Program-made: the position numbers and the translations under genes
Shown: piece by piece, positions 21,668 through 32,266 of the stretch
How positions within the stretch are numbered: position 1 is the stretch's first letter
How the letters are laid out: the number at the start of each line of letters is the position of its first letter
Assembly: GCA_950097015.1 (NCBI GenBank)
Contig: CATNEN010000011.1
Coordinates: 4,464,001 to 4,528,000, forward strand
Length of the DNA stretch: 64,000 nt
From: Macrostomum hystrix
Lineage: Eukaryota > Animalia > Platyhelminthes
Direction of reading: 5' to 3'
Notes under the pieces: model-generated
What the model saw: the letters and a program-made list of their open reading frames with translations, nothing else
The model's database searches: none
What the model was told of the DNA's origin: nothing

Positions 21668-21893
21668 ATCAGACTTCCACATTGGCGCACCACGCGTTAA
21701 CATCGTCAAGCTGCTTTTCGTCTAGAGGACCCCTCACAATGGCCAGGCATTCAATAAAGCCTTTAGCGCTGCGATCGTCATTGGCACCGATGCCGCCAAT
21801 TGTTAGACACCGAAACCCGAGAGCCGTGCTTCCGTGAGTCGAGTTGCTTATCCAGCTCGGTGACAAGGTTTCCAATGTGCCTTGGTTGTACAT

Positions 21894-22070
21894 TGTAAAC
21901 TAGGTCAGAAGGCGAGACTTGCGCGAGAACCGAGAAAACACGAGGTGACTAAAGTCTCAAGTGAGCGACTTTATATTTGGCTATGTACACCAGAGAATGT
22001 ACATCGCATTGCACAATTTACGAAGCCAACTTACGACGCGATGCGAGAATGAATCACCGCACACCTTACA
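21894..22070 (-). repeat. Gypsy 3' LTR (177 bp)
   Basis: tgtaaactaggtcag...ccttaca; preceded on the minus strand by PPT agggatggagtga (22083-22071). Confidence 0.97.
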
Positions 22071-22181
22071 TCACTCCATCCCTAAATTGAGGACATTAAA
22101 AACAAAAAAATAAACAAATATTTTAGGCAGCTTAAAATGATGCACTACAAGCTTTATAAGAACAAAAAAATAGTTAGCAGC

Positions 22182-25100
22182 TCAAAATTGCGCGACAAAA
22201 AAATCTGGCTGCCTCAGAGTCCGATTCGAGCGTCTGGGCCCAGCAGGCGCCGGTTCGTCTAGCAGCTCCTGCCAGGTCTCACGCGGGTCGGCAGCCGGAC
22301 TGGGCGGCCGGTCGCTCTCTGCAGCGGGTGGGTCGGCGGCGGGCTGCGGGACAGCGGGTTGCGGCCGCCTCGCCACGAACGCCTTCAGCCGGTCGTGGTG
22401 CACCACCGAGCTCCGCCTCCGCCCGGTGGGCTTGGAGATCCGGTAGGTGACTGGGCCCAGCTTCTCGAGCACTCGGTACGGCCCCAACCACCGCCGGCGG
22501 AGCGCCTTGGACTGGCCCTTCTGCACCGCCGGGTTGTTGAGCATCACCAGCTGGCCGACTTGGAACGGAGTGAAGTGCTGGCGCTTGTCGTACTGCTGCT
22601 TCCGCGACCGCTGCGTCGACTGCAGGCGCTGCCGCACTAGCTGCAGGCCGGCGCGGGCGTCCGCCAGCGCGTCCGTGACGACCGGCCTCTCACCGGCGGC
22701 GGGCAGGCTGAGCTCGGCTGGGATCCGGGGGTCGCGGCCGTGCAGCACCGCGTACGGTGACCGCTTGGTGGTGCTGTGGACCGACGAGTTGTACGCCCAG
22801 ATGACGTACGGCAGGAAAGCCGCCCACCTGTCCTGCTGCTCCATGCAGTAGGCCGCCAGCATGTCGCCCAGAGTCCGGTTGAATCGCTCGACCACCGGAT
22901 TGCCGCTGGGGTGGAATGGTGTCGTCCTGGTCTTTCGAATGTCGAGCAGCCGGCACAGCTCCTGGAAGACGTCGCTTTCGAACTGGCGACCTTGATCGGA
23001 GTGGATGACCTCGGGCGACCCGTGGCGGAGGACGACGCTGCGCAGCATGGCTTCAGCGACCGTGCGAGTCTCGATGTTGGTCGCTGGGGCCGCTTCGACC
23101 CACTTGGAGAACACGTCGGTGAAGCAGATGATGTACTTCTGACCGGTCTCTGTGGCCGGCAGCGGTCCTTTGATGTCCACCTGCACCATCTCCCAGGGAG
23201 TTGACGGCACGGTGTTGTCCTGCAGCGGCGCCCTTTGGTGCTGGTGCGGTACCTTGCGACGCTGGCACACCTCGCAGCTGCTCACCCAGTGCTGGACGTC
23301 GTCCTTCAGGCCGGGCCACCAGGCTCTGTTGACGACCCTCGCTAGCGTCCTGTCCAGTCCGAGGTGCCCGCTTGCCGGGTCGTCGTGCAGCTGCCTCAGA
23401 AGCTCCTGGCGAAGCTGCAGCGGAATGACGGGGAAGCCGCTTCTCCTGATGACGCCGTCCTCGCCAAGCTCCAGGTTCTCCGACCTCACCAGGCTCTCTG
23501 CGTCGTCTGCGGCCTTGCCTCGCCGGGGCCTCCGTCCGATGAGCACCTGGCGAGCCGCTGCCAGCACCGGGTCATCGGCCTGCGCCGCGCTGATTTCCTC
23601 GTCCGACCAGGCGGGTGTCAGCCGGGTCGCCGCCGCCCGGCTCAGCGCGTCCGCCACCACGTTCTCGCGACCAGGCCTGAAGAGCAGCTTGAAATTGATC
23701 TCCTGCAGGAGCGTGATCCACCTGGCCAGGCGACCTTCGGGTTCCTTGGTGTTCAGCAGCCCTTGCAGCGGCTTGTGGTCGGAGAAGACGAGAATTTCGC
23801 CGGCGGACGCCAAGTAGTTCCGGAAGTGCTTCATGGCCCACACGACCGCCAGAAGCTCTCTGTGGGTGGTCGAGTAATTGCGCTCTGCCTTATTCAGGAC
23901 TCTCGACGCGTAGGCGACCGGGCATTCGACGCCTTCGTGGAGCTGGCTGAGGACTCCTGCGATGGCCACGCCGCTGCTGTCGCAGCACAGCCGGAATCCC
24001 TTGGAGAAATCCGGCAGCTTCAGCACTGGGGGTGCCGACAGCGCCGACTTCAGCTCGCGCAGGGCTGCCTCGCACTCTGCCGTCCACCGAAACTGCCGAC
24101 TTTTCTGAGTCGCCTGGTGCAGCGGATTCGCAATGCTGGCGAAGTGCGGCACGAACCGCCGGTAGAAGCCCAGCATGCCGACGAGCCGGCGAACGTCCTC
24201 AGCGCACTCGGGCGTCGGGATGGACTGGATGGCGCTGACCTTGTCCTGGGTTGGCTGGATCCCATCGGCCGAAATCTTGTGCCCCAGGTACTCGACCTCC
24301 TGGAAGCAGAAGCAGCTCTTGCGCTTGTTCAGCTTGAGGCCCGCCGACTGCAGCCTTCCCAGGACTTCCTTCAGCGTCTGCGCGTGCTGCTCGAACGTCG
24401 TGCTGAACAGGATCAGGTCGTCCATGTAGGTGAGCACCTCCGTCCAGTTCAGGCCCGCCATCGTCAAGTCCATCAGGCGCTGGAAGGTCGCCGGGGCGTT
24501 GCAGAGGCCGAAGCCGAGCTTCCTGTACTGCATCAGGCCTTGCGTGGTGTAGAAGGCGGTCTTCTCCCGGTCCTGCTCGCGCAGCTCGACCTGCAGGAAC
24601 CCTTGGCGGAGATCGAGCGTGCTGAACCAGCTGCTGCCAGTGAGCGCGTCCAGAGCGACAGACAGCGGCGGCAGCGGGTAGGCGTCCTTCACGGTGCACG
24701 AGTTGAGGGCCCTCCAGTCGGTGCAGATGCGGATTTCGTTGTTTTTCTTGCGCACCACCAGCAGATTGCTCGCCCACGGACTGCATGACGGTTCGATGAT
24801 CCCGTGACGCAGCATCTCGCTGATCTTGTCGTCCACCTGCTGTCTGAAGTTCAGTGGCACTGTCCGCTGCCTGTGCTTGATGGGGCGGCTGCCGGGTTCC
24901 AGGTTGATCTCGTGCTGCAGTAGGTGCGTGGTCCCCAGGTCGAACTCGTGACTGGCGAATGCCAGCTCATGCTGGTTCAGCAGGGCTTCGATGACCTCGC
25001 GCTGCGACCGGCTCAGCTCCGGGTTGATGTTGAAGCCGGCCTCCTCCGAAGCTTCACCGTCGGGCCCGTGAGGCTCGGCAGCGTCGAAGTTGCCGATGGC

Positions 25101-25934
25101 CTGATTCTGGTAGAGCACCACCGGGTCGGCGCTCAGGTTGCAGACTCCCACCGGCAGGTTGCCGTCCGCGCTGGAGACCACCAGAGCCCGGTTCGGCAGC
25201 AGGCCGGTCTTGTCGACGAAGTCAGAGCTGGGCTCGAACAGACCCTGCTCAACGTACGATGCCACCTTGACCGGGATGATGACGCGGCTGCGGGCTGGGA
25301 TGGACACGGTGCTGGCGACTCTGGCGACCACGGCGGTGGGCACCACCCGGCAGGCCGGCATGGAGTTCCTGTCTGGCAGGACTGGGATCCTGGTTGACCC
25401 CAGCAGGACAGAAGACGACATGAGATCCACGCTGAAGGTTGAGCACATCTTGCTGATGGCGTCCATGCCGAGCACGCATTCCGGCTGAATGTCGGCGACC
25501 ACCGTCACCGGGTGCTCCATGGGCGGCAGTCCGCCCACCTGAATGGCCAGCGTTGCGCATGCCGGAGACTCCAAGCGTCGACCATCGATCCCGACCGGAG
25601 TGCTGAGAGGAGGATGAAGCTGAGCTGCGACTCCCAGAGCTCGAAACTGGGCAGCTGATACGAGCGTCACCTGCGCGCCCGTGTCGAACAGCCACCTGCA
25701 GGGCCGGCCTGCGATGCTGCCGGGCAGGAAGAGCGAAGCGGTTTGGGCCTTGCTAGGCAGGGCTGGTGATGGCCCACGGTCACCAGTCCTCAGAAGTTTC
25801 CCGAAGCCGGGGTCGGGCAGACCTCGGCCCGGTGCCCTTTGCCTGAGCAGCGGCTGCACACGGGCGGCACGGCTGGCGCGGCCTGCCTGGGGCACTGGGC
25901 CGCGAAATGGCCGGGCTGAGCGCAGTTGAAGCAT
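22182..25934 (-). CDS. pol: Gypsy Pol (protease-RT-RNase H-integrase, GPY/F), expressed by -1 frameshift
   Basis: LFDTGA (PR); YMDD (RT); CDSSG..RELLA..DHKPL..ADALSR (RNase H); H..GH..C..C, VDIKGP, SDQGRQF, VERFNR (IN); LGPYRV. No stops. Confidence 0.96.
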   Translation of the reverse strand: MLQLRSARPFRGPVPQAGRASRAARVQPLLRQRAPGRGLPDPGFGKLLRTGDRGPSPALPSKAQTASLFLPGSIAGRPCRWLFDTGAQVTLVSAAQFRALGVAAQLHPPLSTPVGIDGRRLESPACATLAIQVGGLPPMEHPVTVVADIQPECVLGMDAISKMCSTFSVDLMSSSVLLGSTRIPVLPDRNSMPACRVVPTAVVARVASTVSIPARSRVIIPVKVASYVEQGLFEPSSDFVDKTGLLPNRALVVSSADGNLPVGVCNLSADPVVLYQNQAIGNFDAAEPHGPDGEASEEAGFNINPELSRSQREVIEALLNQHELAFASHEFDLGTTHLLQHEINLEPGSRPIKHRQRTVPLNFRQQVDDKISEMLRHGIIEPSCSPWASNLLVVRKKNNEIRICTDWRALNSCTVKDAYPLPPLSVALDALTGSSWFSTLDLRQGFLQVELREQDREKTAFYTTQGLMQYRKLGFGLCNAPATFQRLMDLTMAGLNWTEVLTYMDDLILFSTTFEQHAQTLKEVLGRLQSAGLKLNKRKSCFCFQEVEYLGHKISADGIQPTQDKVSAIQSIPTPECAEDVRRLVGMLGFYRRFVPHFASIANPLHQATQKSRQFRWTAECEAALRELKSALSAPPVLKLPDFSKGFRLCCDSSGVAIAGVLSQLHEGVECPVAYASRVLNKAERNYSTTHRELLAVVWAMKHFRNYLASAGEILVFSDHKPLQGLLNTKEPEGRLARWITLLQEINFKLLFRPGRENVVADALSRAAATRLTPAWSDEEISAAQADDPVLAAARQVLIGRRPRRGKAADDAESLVRSENLELGEDGVIRRSGFPVIPLQLRQELLRQLHDDPASGHLGLDRTLARVVNRAWWPGLKDDVQHWVSSCEVCQRRKVPHQHQRAPLQDNTVPSTPWEMVQVDIKGPLPATETGQKYIICFTDVFSKWVEAAPATNIETRTVAEAMLRSVVLRHGSPEVIHSDQGRQFESDVFQELCRLLDIRKTRTTPFHPSGNPVVERFNRTLGDMLAAYCMEQQDRWAAFLPYVIWAYNSSVHSTTKRSPYAVLHGRDPRIPAELSLPAAGERPVVTDALADARAGLQLVRQRLQSTQRSRKQQYDKRQHFTPFQVGQLVMLNNPAVQKGQSKALRRRWLGPYRVLEKLGPVTYRISKPTGRRRSSVVHHDRLKAFVARRPQPAVPQPAADPPAAESDRPPSPAADPRETWQELLDEPAPAGPRRSNRTLRQPDFFVAQF
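25760..25802 (-). other. Predicted -1 ribosomal frameshift signal: slippery G GGA AAC (25802-25796), 6-nt spacer, stem-loop
   Basis: Gag ends TCG GGA AAC TTC TGA and pol is the -1 frame; CTGGTGA/TCACCAG stem at 25786-25780 and 25769-25763. Confidence 0.8.
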
Positions 25935-26626
25935 TTCCCGCGACCGCTGCCTCTCCCCCGAGCTCCTCTTCCTCGCGCACCGCGCTGTCCACGGCTGCTG
26001 ATGGTGGCGACCGTCGCAGCCAGGTCCGCCAGCTGCTCCTGCATCTGCTCCAGCCGGTCCACCACTTGGCTGCTCACCGATGTTACCGCGATGCTTGCAG
26101 AGGCGCCTCTGCCGCCGATGCTCTCAAGAGCCGTGGCGCGGTCCGCCAGCTGCTCCGGGCTGCTGCTGCTGCAGTCAGCGTCTTTCAGCAACGCTTCGCG
26201 AATCTCCTTCGACAGCAGAGCCAGCAGTCGGTGTCGCACTTCGCAGTCTCTCACCGTCTGATCGTGGTCAGGGCGTGCCTTCCGGTACAGGAGCTTGAGA
26301 GCGTGGCACAGCTCCCTCAGCGACTCTCCTTGGCGTCGCTTCCGGCTCTCGAACTCCGACATGGCGCAGAACGAGTTCTCCTTGCCACGGTAGAACTTGA
26401 CCAGCTCGTCCTTGATGGTCGCGAAGCTCTTCTTCTTCTCCTCCGGCAGGTCCCACACGAAGACGAGCGCCTCGCCAGATAAGAGCAGCCGGATTTTCGA
26501 TGCCATCTTTTTGTCGTCCCACTCGGAATCCGTGGCGAAGTCCTCAAACATTTGCAGCCACATGTTGATGTCGGCATCGTCTGAGCCGGAAAACTTGGGT
26601 GGCAAAAGTGCATTGGCGTGCGCCAT
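25790..26626 (-). CDS. gag: Gypsy Gag with two CCHC zinc knuckles
   Basis: PPKFSG..W...F..F; CFNCAQPGHFAAQC and CSRCSGKGHRAEVC. Confidence 0.93.
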   Translation of the reverse strand: MAHANALLPPKFSGSDDADINMWLQMFEDFATDSEWDDKKMASKIRLLLSGEALVFVWDLPEEKKKSFATIKDELVKFYRGKENSFCAMSEFESRKRRQGESLRELCHALKLLYRKARPDHDQTVRDCEVRHRLLALLSKEIREALLKDADCSSSSPEQLADRATALESIGGRGASASIAVTSVSSQVVDRLEQMQEQLADLAATVATISSRGQRGARGRGARGRGSGRGKCFNCAQPGHFAAQCPRQAAPAVPPVCSRCSGKGHRAEVCPTPASGNF

Positions 26627-26653
26627 GAGTGAGTGGGCCGACTTGAGATAGAG

Positions 26654-26666
26654 ACCGCTGCCACCA
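26654..26666 (-). other. Primer binding site TGGTGGCAGCGGT, complementary to the 3' end of tRNA-Leu (AAG/UAG type)
   Basis: Located 1 nt inside the 5' LTR; eukaryotic tRNA-Leu(AAG) ends ...ACCGCTGCCA-CCA. Confidence 0.8.
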
Positions 26667-26667
26667 A

Positions 26668-26844
26668 TGTAAACTAGCTCAGAAGGCGAGACTTGCGCGA
26701 GAACCGAGAAAACACGAGGTGACTAAAGTCTCAAGTGAGCGACTTTATATTTGGCTATGTACACCAGAGAATGTACATCGCATTGCACAATTTACGAAGC
26801 CAACTTACGACGCGATGCGAGAATTAATCACCGCACACCTTACA
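26668..26844 (-). repeat. Gypsy 5' LTR (177 bp)
   Basis: tgtaaactagctcag...ccttaca on the + strand. Confidence 0.97.
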
Positions 26845-27964
26845 ACATCATCAGCTCACTTCCCTGTTGCACAAAACCGAATCCTGCAGTTGATGCATTA
26901 GCACCTGTCTTGAAGCTTTGTTTCCGGCCTCGATAATTGTAATGCATAGCGCTCGGCTGTATGTACTGGTATAAAAGTCTCTCTGTGGCCTGCAGCTGTA
27001 TCGTGCAACTGATGCGGCGGTTGCGACATTCGCGCAGCCGAAATATTATGTTGAAATCGTCGCTGAAAAGAGGCCAGTGGAAGTTGAAAGAAATCCAGTT
27101 ATTTGATTTTATATATAATTTTTTTTAATCAATAACTTACTTTCCGTTGTATTCAAGCTTCGCTCTAATAAAGACTGTCACGTTGGGATCCGGGTAGAAG
27201 TCTTCCTCAATGCTGTCAGTCGTGTCCACCTGAATATATGAGTTCCTGTTCCCGGCCAAGAACACTCCCATGGACTTGTTGAGCGGAGCCGACACCAGCA
27301 CCGGAGTGTGCGGATTCTGGCGCACAGGTGCCAGGTTGAAGGGGCCAACACGGAAGTGGTACAGAATCCGCAGTGACCTCTCTGAGAGGCTGCTGGGCAG
27401 GTCGGCCGTGTGAGCTGCGGTTGTGAGATCGCACGAAATCAATGTACTCAGGGCTGCGACTGAGACTAGAAAAATCATGTCACACATCAGACACTCACAG
27501 TGCTGGAACTGGCCAAGCCTCTGTCTGTTCACAAACGAGTCGCATTGTCCACCGTACAGCCATGCAGTGAGGAAGGCCTCGGCAGACGCCAGCAGACACA
27601 GCTGAGACATCATGGTGGCAGCTGCGCAGCTCTGTCTCGTGTGGCAGCTCAGCACACAGCCAGCGATGCTGCGGTCGGTCAGCTGGTGAGTCGGTAGCTT
27701 CCACACTCCGTCAGCGGGCAGGTCGGCAGACGGACAGACCTGCAGCCTCTCGTAGTCAGTGATGCGAAGATCGCGGCTGTTGAGACGGAAAAGCAGCAGA
27801 AAAAAAAATTGTAGCCTACCGACCCGCGCATTTTTAGGTAATGTAAGCCCGCTTCGTTTCTAAAAAATGGCTGTCTACTCGACTTACAATTTTTAAACTG
27901 CCTGTAAACTTTTTTGCAGGGATATGTCTGCTTTAGCCATTCTCCGACCCACTTTGGCTGTTGA

Positions 27965-28192
27965 AATAGACTTCTTGCCTATTATTGAACTGCTGCTACC
28001 TGCTTTTCACTCCACTTCAAGACCTAAAACAGTACCAGCTTTTTGTTGAATGACATACTTCCATTGGCCCAATTCTAGTATGGTATAGAGTATAACATCT
28101 GTTATGTCAATAGAGATGAAAAAAAAGTTCCCAACGTTGCCGCATTAATCATTTATTTAGGATTTGCAGCATTTTTTAGGAGTCGGTGACAA
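27965..28192 (+). repeat. Diverged ~230-bp direct repeat, copy 2
   Basis: See the copy at 21430-21667. Confidence 0.75.
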
Positions 28193-28444
28193 AGCATGCC
28201 TGAGTGCTATACTTGGCAATGAGTTTAATATTATGACTTGATTATAAAGTAGGAAATCCACCAACTTCTTAGAATTGACAATTTGAGATTGTGTGCAATT
28301 AGGTAAAACATAATTTTAGAGACAGGCGAAAGCTGTTGAACTGTTACAATTTTAAATCAAAAGCTGCATGAAACTGTAGCCGTTTGTGCAAATCGACAGT
28401 CTGCTGTTGTCACCTTCTTTTCAGAATCGGTGTCTTCAACATCT

Positions 28445-29935
28445 TCAAGGCAGGCCTCTGGCATTCACGGTGATGCGACCAAAAGGTCCGCCGAAACGAA
28501 ATTTCTGTCCTGCGAATTTAAAAGTAGGAGGCTGTGATCCTAGTGGTCGATTCCTTGCTTTTATCGATTGAGAATACCAAGTATTAAACATTGTTGGTCA
28601 GTGGTTTACCTGGGATGAATCCACGATAACTTGGCAGAAGGCCTTCATACCGTCGGTAGATTGTCGACTCATAAGCGCCTGCTGAGCGTCCTCGACGAGC
28701 AGCGCCTGCAATGTCCTCCGGCCTGTCTGCGACGTCGATCTGGCGTCCAGTCGAGCTGCCGCTCGCTGGCCATTTGCGCCGAGCATCGAACACGGCTAGA
28801 GCGTCGTGCGTAGCCAGCGGGTAGCCCCTGCCAGACAGGAATCGAACCTGCGGCACGTGGCCAGAGAAGCCGGACATGAAGTAGCGCAACTGGCTGTCTG
28901 TGGCCTGACTGTACGGCAGTCGACAGTGGCGCTGGGTCACACCAAGCTGCTGCTGCTGCTGCAGCTGCTCTTGCTGATCGTGGTTCCGTTGATATTGAAA
29001 TTTTGCGTGCATTGCAATGGGGGTGGGACACTGTAAAAAAATGGAGTCGACTTTGTTTCTAGTTGATTAAAGAAATTTATGAACAATGTCACAAAAAAAC
29101 TTAAATTAGGCCTTAATTATAAAAAGTTTTTTTCGCACATGTAGCTATGTTTAGCAAGTTTTCAAAGCGTCCTTGTATAATTCAGTAGTTAAGGAGAAAT
29201 GGGGAGAAGTAGAAAGTGAGGGAAGTCGAAGAGGAGAAGGGAAAGGGGAGAGGGATAAGGAGACAGGAGACTAGAGGGGGAAAGAGTGTATTTTTGAAGC
29301 AATGAGAAGGGATATACACGAGTACAAGCTTATTAGAAGATTGCAAAACTTCCACCAAGTGTTGCAAAATTAAGCTTGTGTCAGCTTGAGATTGGACTGG
29401 TGGATTGCTAGCACCAAGGTCCCTGACCTCGAATCTGAAAGCTACGTACAGGCCAAATTGATTCACGACACAGACGAACTAATTTGGCAAAGGTTGGTAA
29501 ATCACAGTAAGAATATGCGGCCTGATGATGAAAGACAAGTGTGTTAAGTGTGCGCTCAAGGTAATCTCAGATACCCATATTTTTTATTTATCTCCTTCAA
29601 TTTTTCGCTCTTTTCGATGAGACAAATTCCAGAATCGCGAAACATCGGCATCGTCGAGATATTCAACGATTCTCGTCGGGGGTGCCTGGTGGCAAAAACC
29701 ACCGATGTAGGTAAAAATCTTTGCTTGCACAACTTCATCGTGTAATCATTTCGGCAACATTTTTGACGAAATTGTATTGGATATTTATACAATTTTGAAC
29801 CGATATGGATTTGCCAAAGATGTTTATACGCTCGTATAGAACAGTGTTGTTTGTCCTTGTCACCTGGGCCTTCGACAAGAATAGCTGAATATCTGGACGA
29901 TGCTGACACTCGGACGGCTTTGAAAGTTTATTCAT
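28445..29935 (-). CDS. FAM166: FAM166/CIMIP2-like ciliary microtubule inner protein; exons 29030-28610 and 28509-28445, candidate first exon 29935-29864
   Basis: Repeats YFMSGFSGHVP..RFLSGRGY...T..AL..F and GLLPSYRGFIPG|QKFRFGGPFGRIT. Phase-1 splice matches; first exon tentative. Confidence 0.75.
29290..29440 (-). pseudogene. Possible decayed retroelement RNase H fragment
   Basis: SDSRS in one frame and LVLVYIPSHC in another resemble RNase H SDS..A and WIPSH motifs; short and frameshifted. Confidence 0.3.
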
Positions 29936-30015
29936 GGGTCATTCGGTTTGGGAGCGATCGTGAAGTAGGCAGTGGGTATTTGAAATGCCCCCGTTGTCTT
30001 TTCCCAGGTGAAAAA
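29575..30015 (+). repeat. Fragments of a dispersed repeat also present at 42130-42270 and 42795-42870
   Basis: ttccagaatc.c.aaacatcg..atcg..gagatattca.cgattct..tcgggg..ctggtggcaaaaa and atcgtgaagtaggcagtgggtatttgaa..ccccg..tttcccagg are shared. Confidence 0.7.
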
Positions 30016-30998
30016 GTGCTTGGTCTTTCTACTGTTAATCTGTTAATGATATTTCGTGGCGTGTAAAGACCTTGCGAGGCGTCAAGAAATATTAAGCGAC
30101 ACGATTTTTGCAACAAAAACATGTTTACACTTACGTAGCTAAAGTAACCAAATCGTGTGTTTTACCTGCAGTACTGAGGGGTTTTTTCGCACACTTTACT
30201 CAACAAGCAATAATTGCAGTTTTTAAGTGGCCCACTCACTTACCGGTATGGAGGTGCGCAGCGGAAAAACAGATACCTGTAATAAATAAGAAGACAATAA
30301 CATCGGTACTTGTGGATGAGTGTGGATCGGAAACTGAAAAGACGTATAGCTTCAATAAGACTTTTAGTCGAGGCTGTTGAATAACTGATTTCATCTATTC
30401 TGGTTCTTTTTTTTACGAGCCAATGTTCAGTCAAGCGCAAAATGGAAAATCTTAATTCGTTCATTCTGTTCTCTTGGTAAAAATAATTAAAACACAATTT
30501 CGGACTGCCAAATAGCATTTTGTATCGCAAGAATAGTGAATTTGTTGTATGTGTGTACGCGAGTTATCTTAATTACCTCAGCTAGACTCAAGCTAGGGTC
30601 GGCAGCCATGGCTGAGTCCATTTTTAGTCGCACAATTTTGTTGTTCCTTTCAGCCAAGCGCTCAAGAGCTTCGGGGGCTGTTTAGAAATGATAAAAGCAG
30701 CGAAATGAATAATAGAATAGGCTGTGTTGTAAAAGCGGTCATTTTGTCTTTCAGAGCTAGTTAAAATAAAGCACTAAATCAAGCAGGTGCTAATCCCCGG
30801 TAATTATGCTTGGGCAGAACAATACCTTAAGAGATTAAGTGGGATTAATGCGCACTTTTCACCAAGGTGGTCTCTGCCTAGGATTGAGCACTCGCCAGCG
30901 GTCGAGATTTCTTTATCAAAATATAAAGAAAATAATTGGTGTTTGATTTGGTGTTCACCGCAGCGCGACATTTTTACAGTCTAGTTCAAGATTTAGCA

Positions 30999-31017
30999 CC
31001 ATGGCAACCATGGAAAC
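30999..31017 (+). promoter_or_regulatory. Two tandem RFX X-box-like half sites (CCATGGCAAC, CCATGGAAAC) between the divergent FAM166 and usherin genes
   Basis: Match to the right half of the GTTGCCATGGCAAC consensus; left halves imperfect. Confidence 0.4.
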
Positions 31018-32266
31018 CATACCACAATGGCAAAATTCTTATTTAGCTTCGTGTGCACCTTGCAACTGTCTGTCATTTCAATTGTAAGATTATTAATTAA
31101 CAAAGCAATACTTATTAATACCCATGTATAATTGAATTTAAAATATCAAATCTATATAACTTTCACCAAAATAAACTACGTTCAACTTAACAAGCGGTGT
31201 GAAAGCTGCGCTTCGTATAATTGGAAATGCAAAGAATTTCTTGAAAACTTTTCGGCAGGATCCGGGAAAAATAATCATAAACAAATCTTAAACAAACGAT
31301 AGCTTACTGAAATAATTATAGAATCAAACAAAACAAATAATGTTTTTTAAACTTACGCAACATTGGGGGCACTCCAAATCTTTTTCCGTCGAGTATCGAA
31401 GACATATTGCTGCACTTTTTTCAGTGAGTGTCTTCTCAAAAGAGTTAGAAAATTTTGAATCAAAAACTGTGAAAGAACTTTATAACGCTTGCGGTATTGT
31501 GAGATAGGTTTTTGTCTCTCAGTTGCTTTTTATGCGTCTACCAACAACCAATCGAATACTTCGTGCGAGTTAAATTTAGCCATGTTGGTTTGGGATGTGA
31601 ATTAGTGCTCATCATTTGCCGCACTACTTCAAGTAATAAAGTTGTAACTTAAACATAATTTTACTTAGGAGAAATCAAGAGTTTTCCATTAAGAGGTTTT
31701 TTTATTCCAGAGTTCTTTTCGTTTGAATTTTTAATCTACGTTTTGGTGTGGGAAACCTTTTTTCAAATCGCCAAATTGAGCGTGTTAGGAGAAAATTTTC
31801 AATTAGCTCGTATAGTGGTTTTCTGCCGATCCACATTGTCCCTAGAGAAGATATTACAATCAAGATCTCTGAGTAAAAGTAAATAATGTTTCCTTATCCT
31901 CATACCAGTTCTGACAATCTTCATCAGAGCGCAATGCAGGAATGCTAAAATCATTACAGGTGCAGGCTAGGCCATACGAGCTCATTAATGATTAAGAATG
32001 GCTGGAGCTAACTGGAAGCGGAGTTGTCAGGTCGATTCCGGTTTTATTGTCTTCCAACGCCAGCCAGCTGAGCTGCTTGTGTGCTCACCCCAGAACAGGA
32101 GTGCTTCATCACACTTGGCTGCGCATTTCTGACGGTGGTGGAGGATGTCGCTGTCTTTGGTTGGTATAAAATGCTCCTCTATGACGGCTCAGGTCAGACA
32201 ATGCCGAAACGTCTTCACCTGATAATGAGCAAAAGAGACAATGAAGCCAATATCGATGCAAAGACC

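Larger units (their letters stand above)
21894..26844 (-). mobile_element. Full-length Ty3/Gypsy LTR retrotransposon, 4951 bp, 4-bp TSD ACAT
   Basis: 177-bp TG..CA LTRs with 2 mismatches; ACAT at 21890-21893 and 26845-26848; PBS, PPT, intact gag and pol. Confidence 0.97.
21669..27776 (-). pseudogene. PAN/Apple + LamG (ConA-like) gene disrupted in its last exon by a Gypsy insertion; exons 27776-27499, 27459-27141, 27062-26845 joined to 21889-21669; first exon not identified
   Basis: CVLSCHTRQSC...LCLL (PAN-like Cys pattern). Removing the element and one ACAT restores GAG CTG ATG ATG TAC AAC CAA, continuous with ORF 21669-21893. Similar to the gene at 61568-63603. Confidence 0.8.

Noticed and set aside
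22279-26651. Many overlapping ORFs including 23364-24788 (+, 474 aa)
   Set aside because: Shadow frames of a GC-rich Gypsy gag/pol; no independent motifs.
29521-29545. CTGATGA..GAAA as a hammerhead ribozyme core
   Set aside because: No flanking stems I-III can be formed.
32081-32266. Upstream in-frame extension of usherin given by the ORF track
   Set aside because: Starts at GTG. The ATG at 32267 is directly followed by a signal peptide, so the extension is likely 5' UTR.
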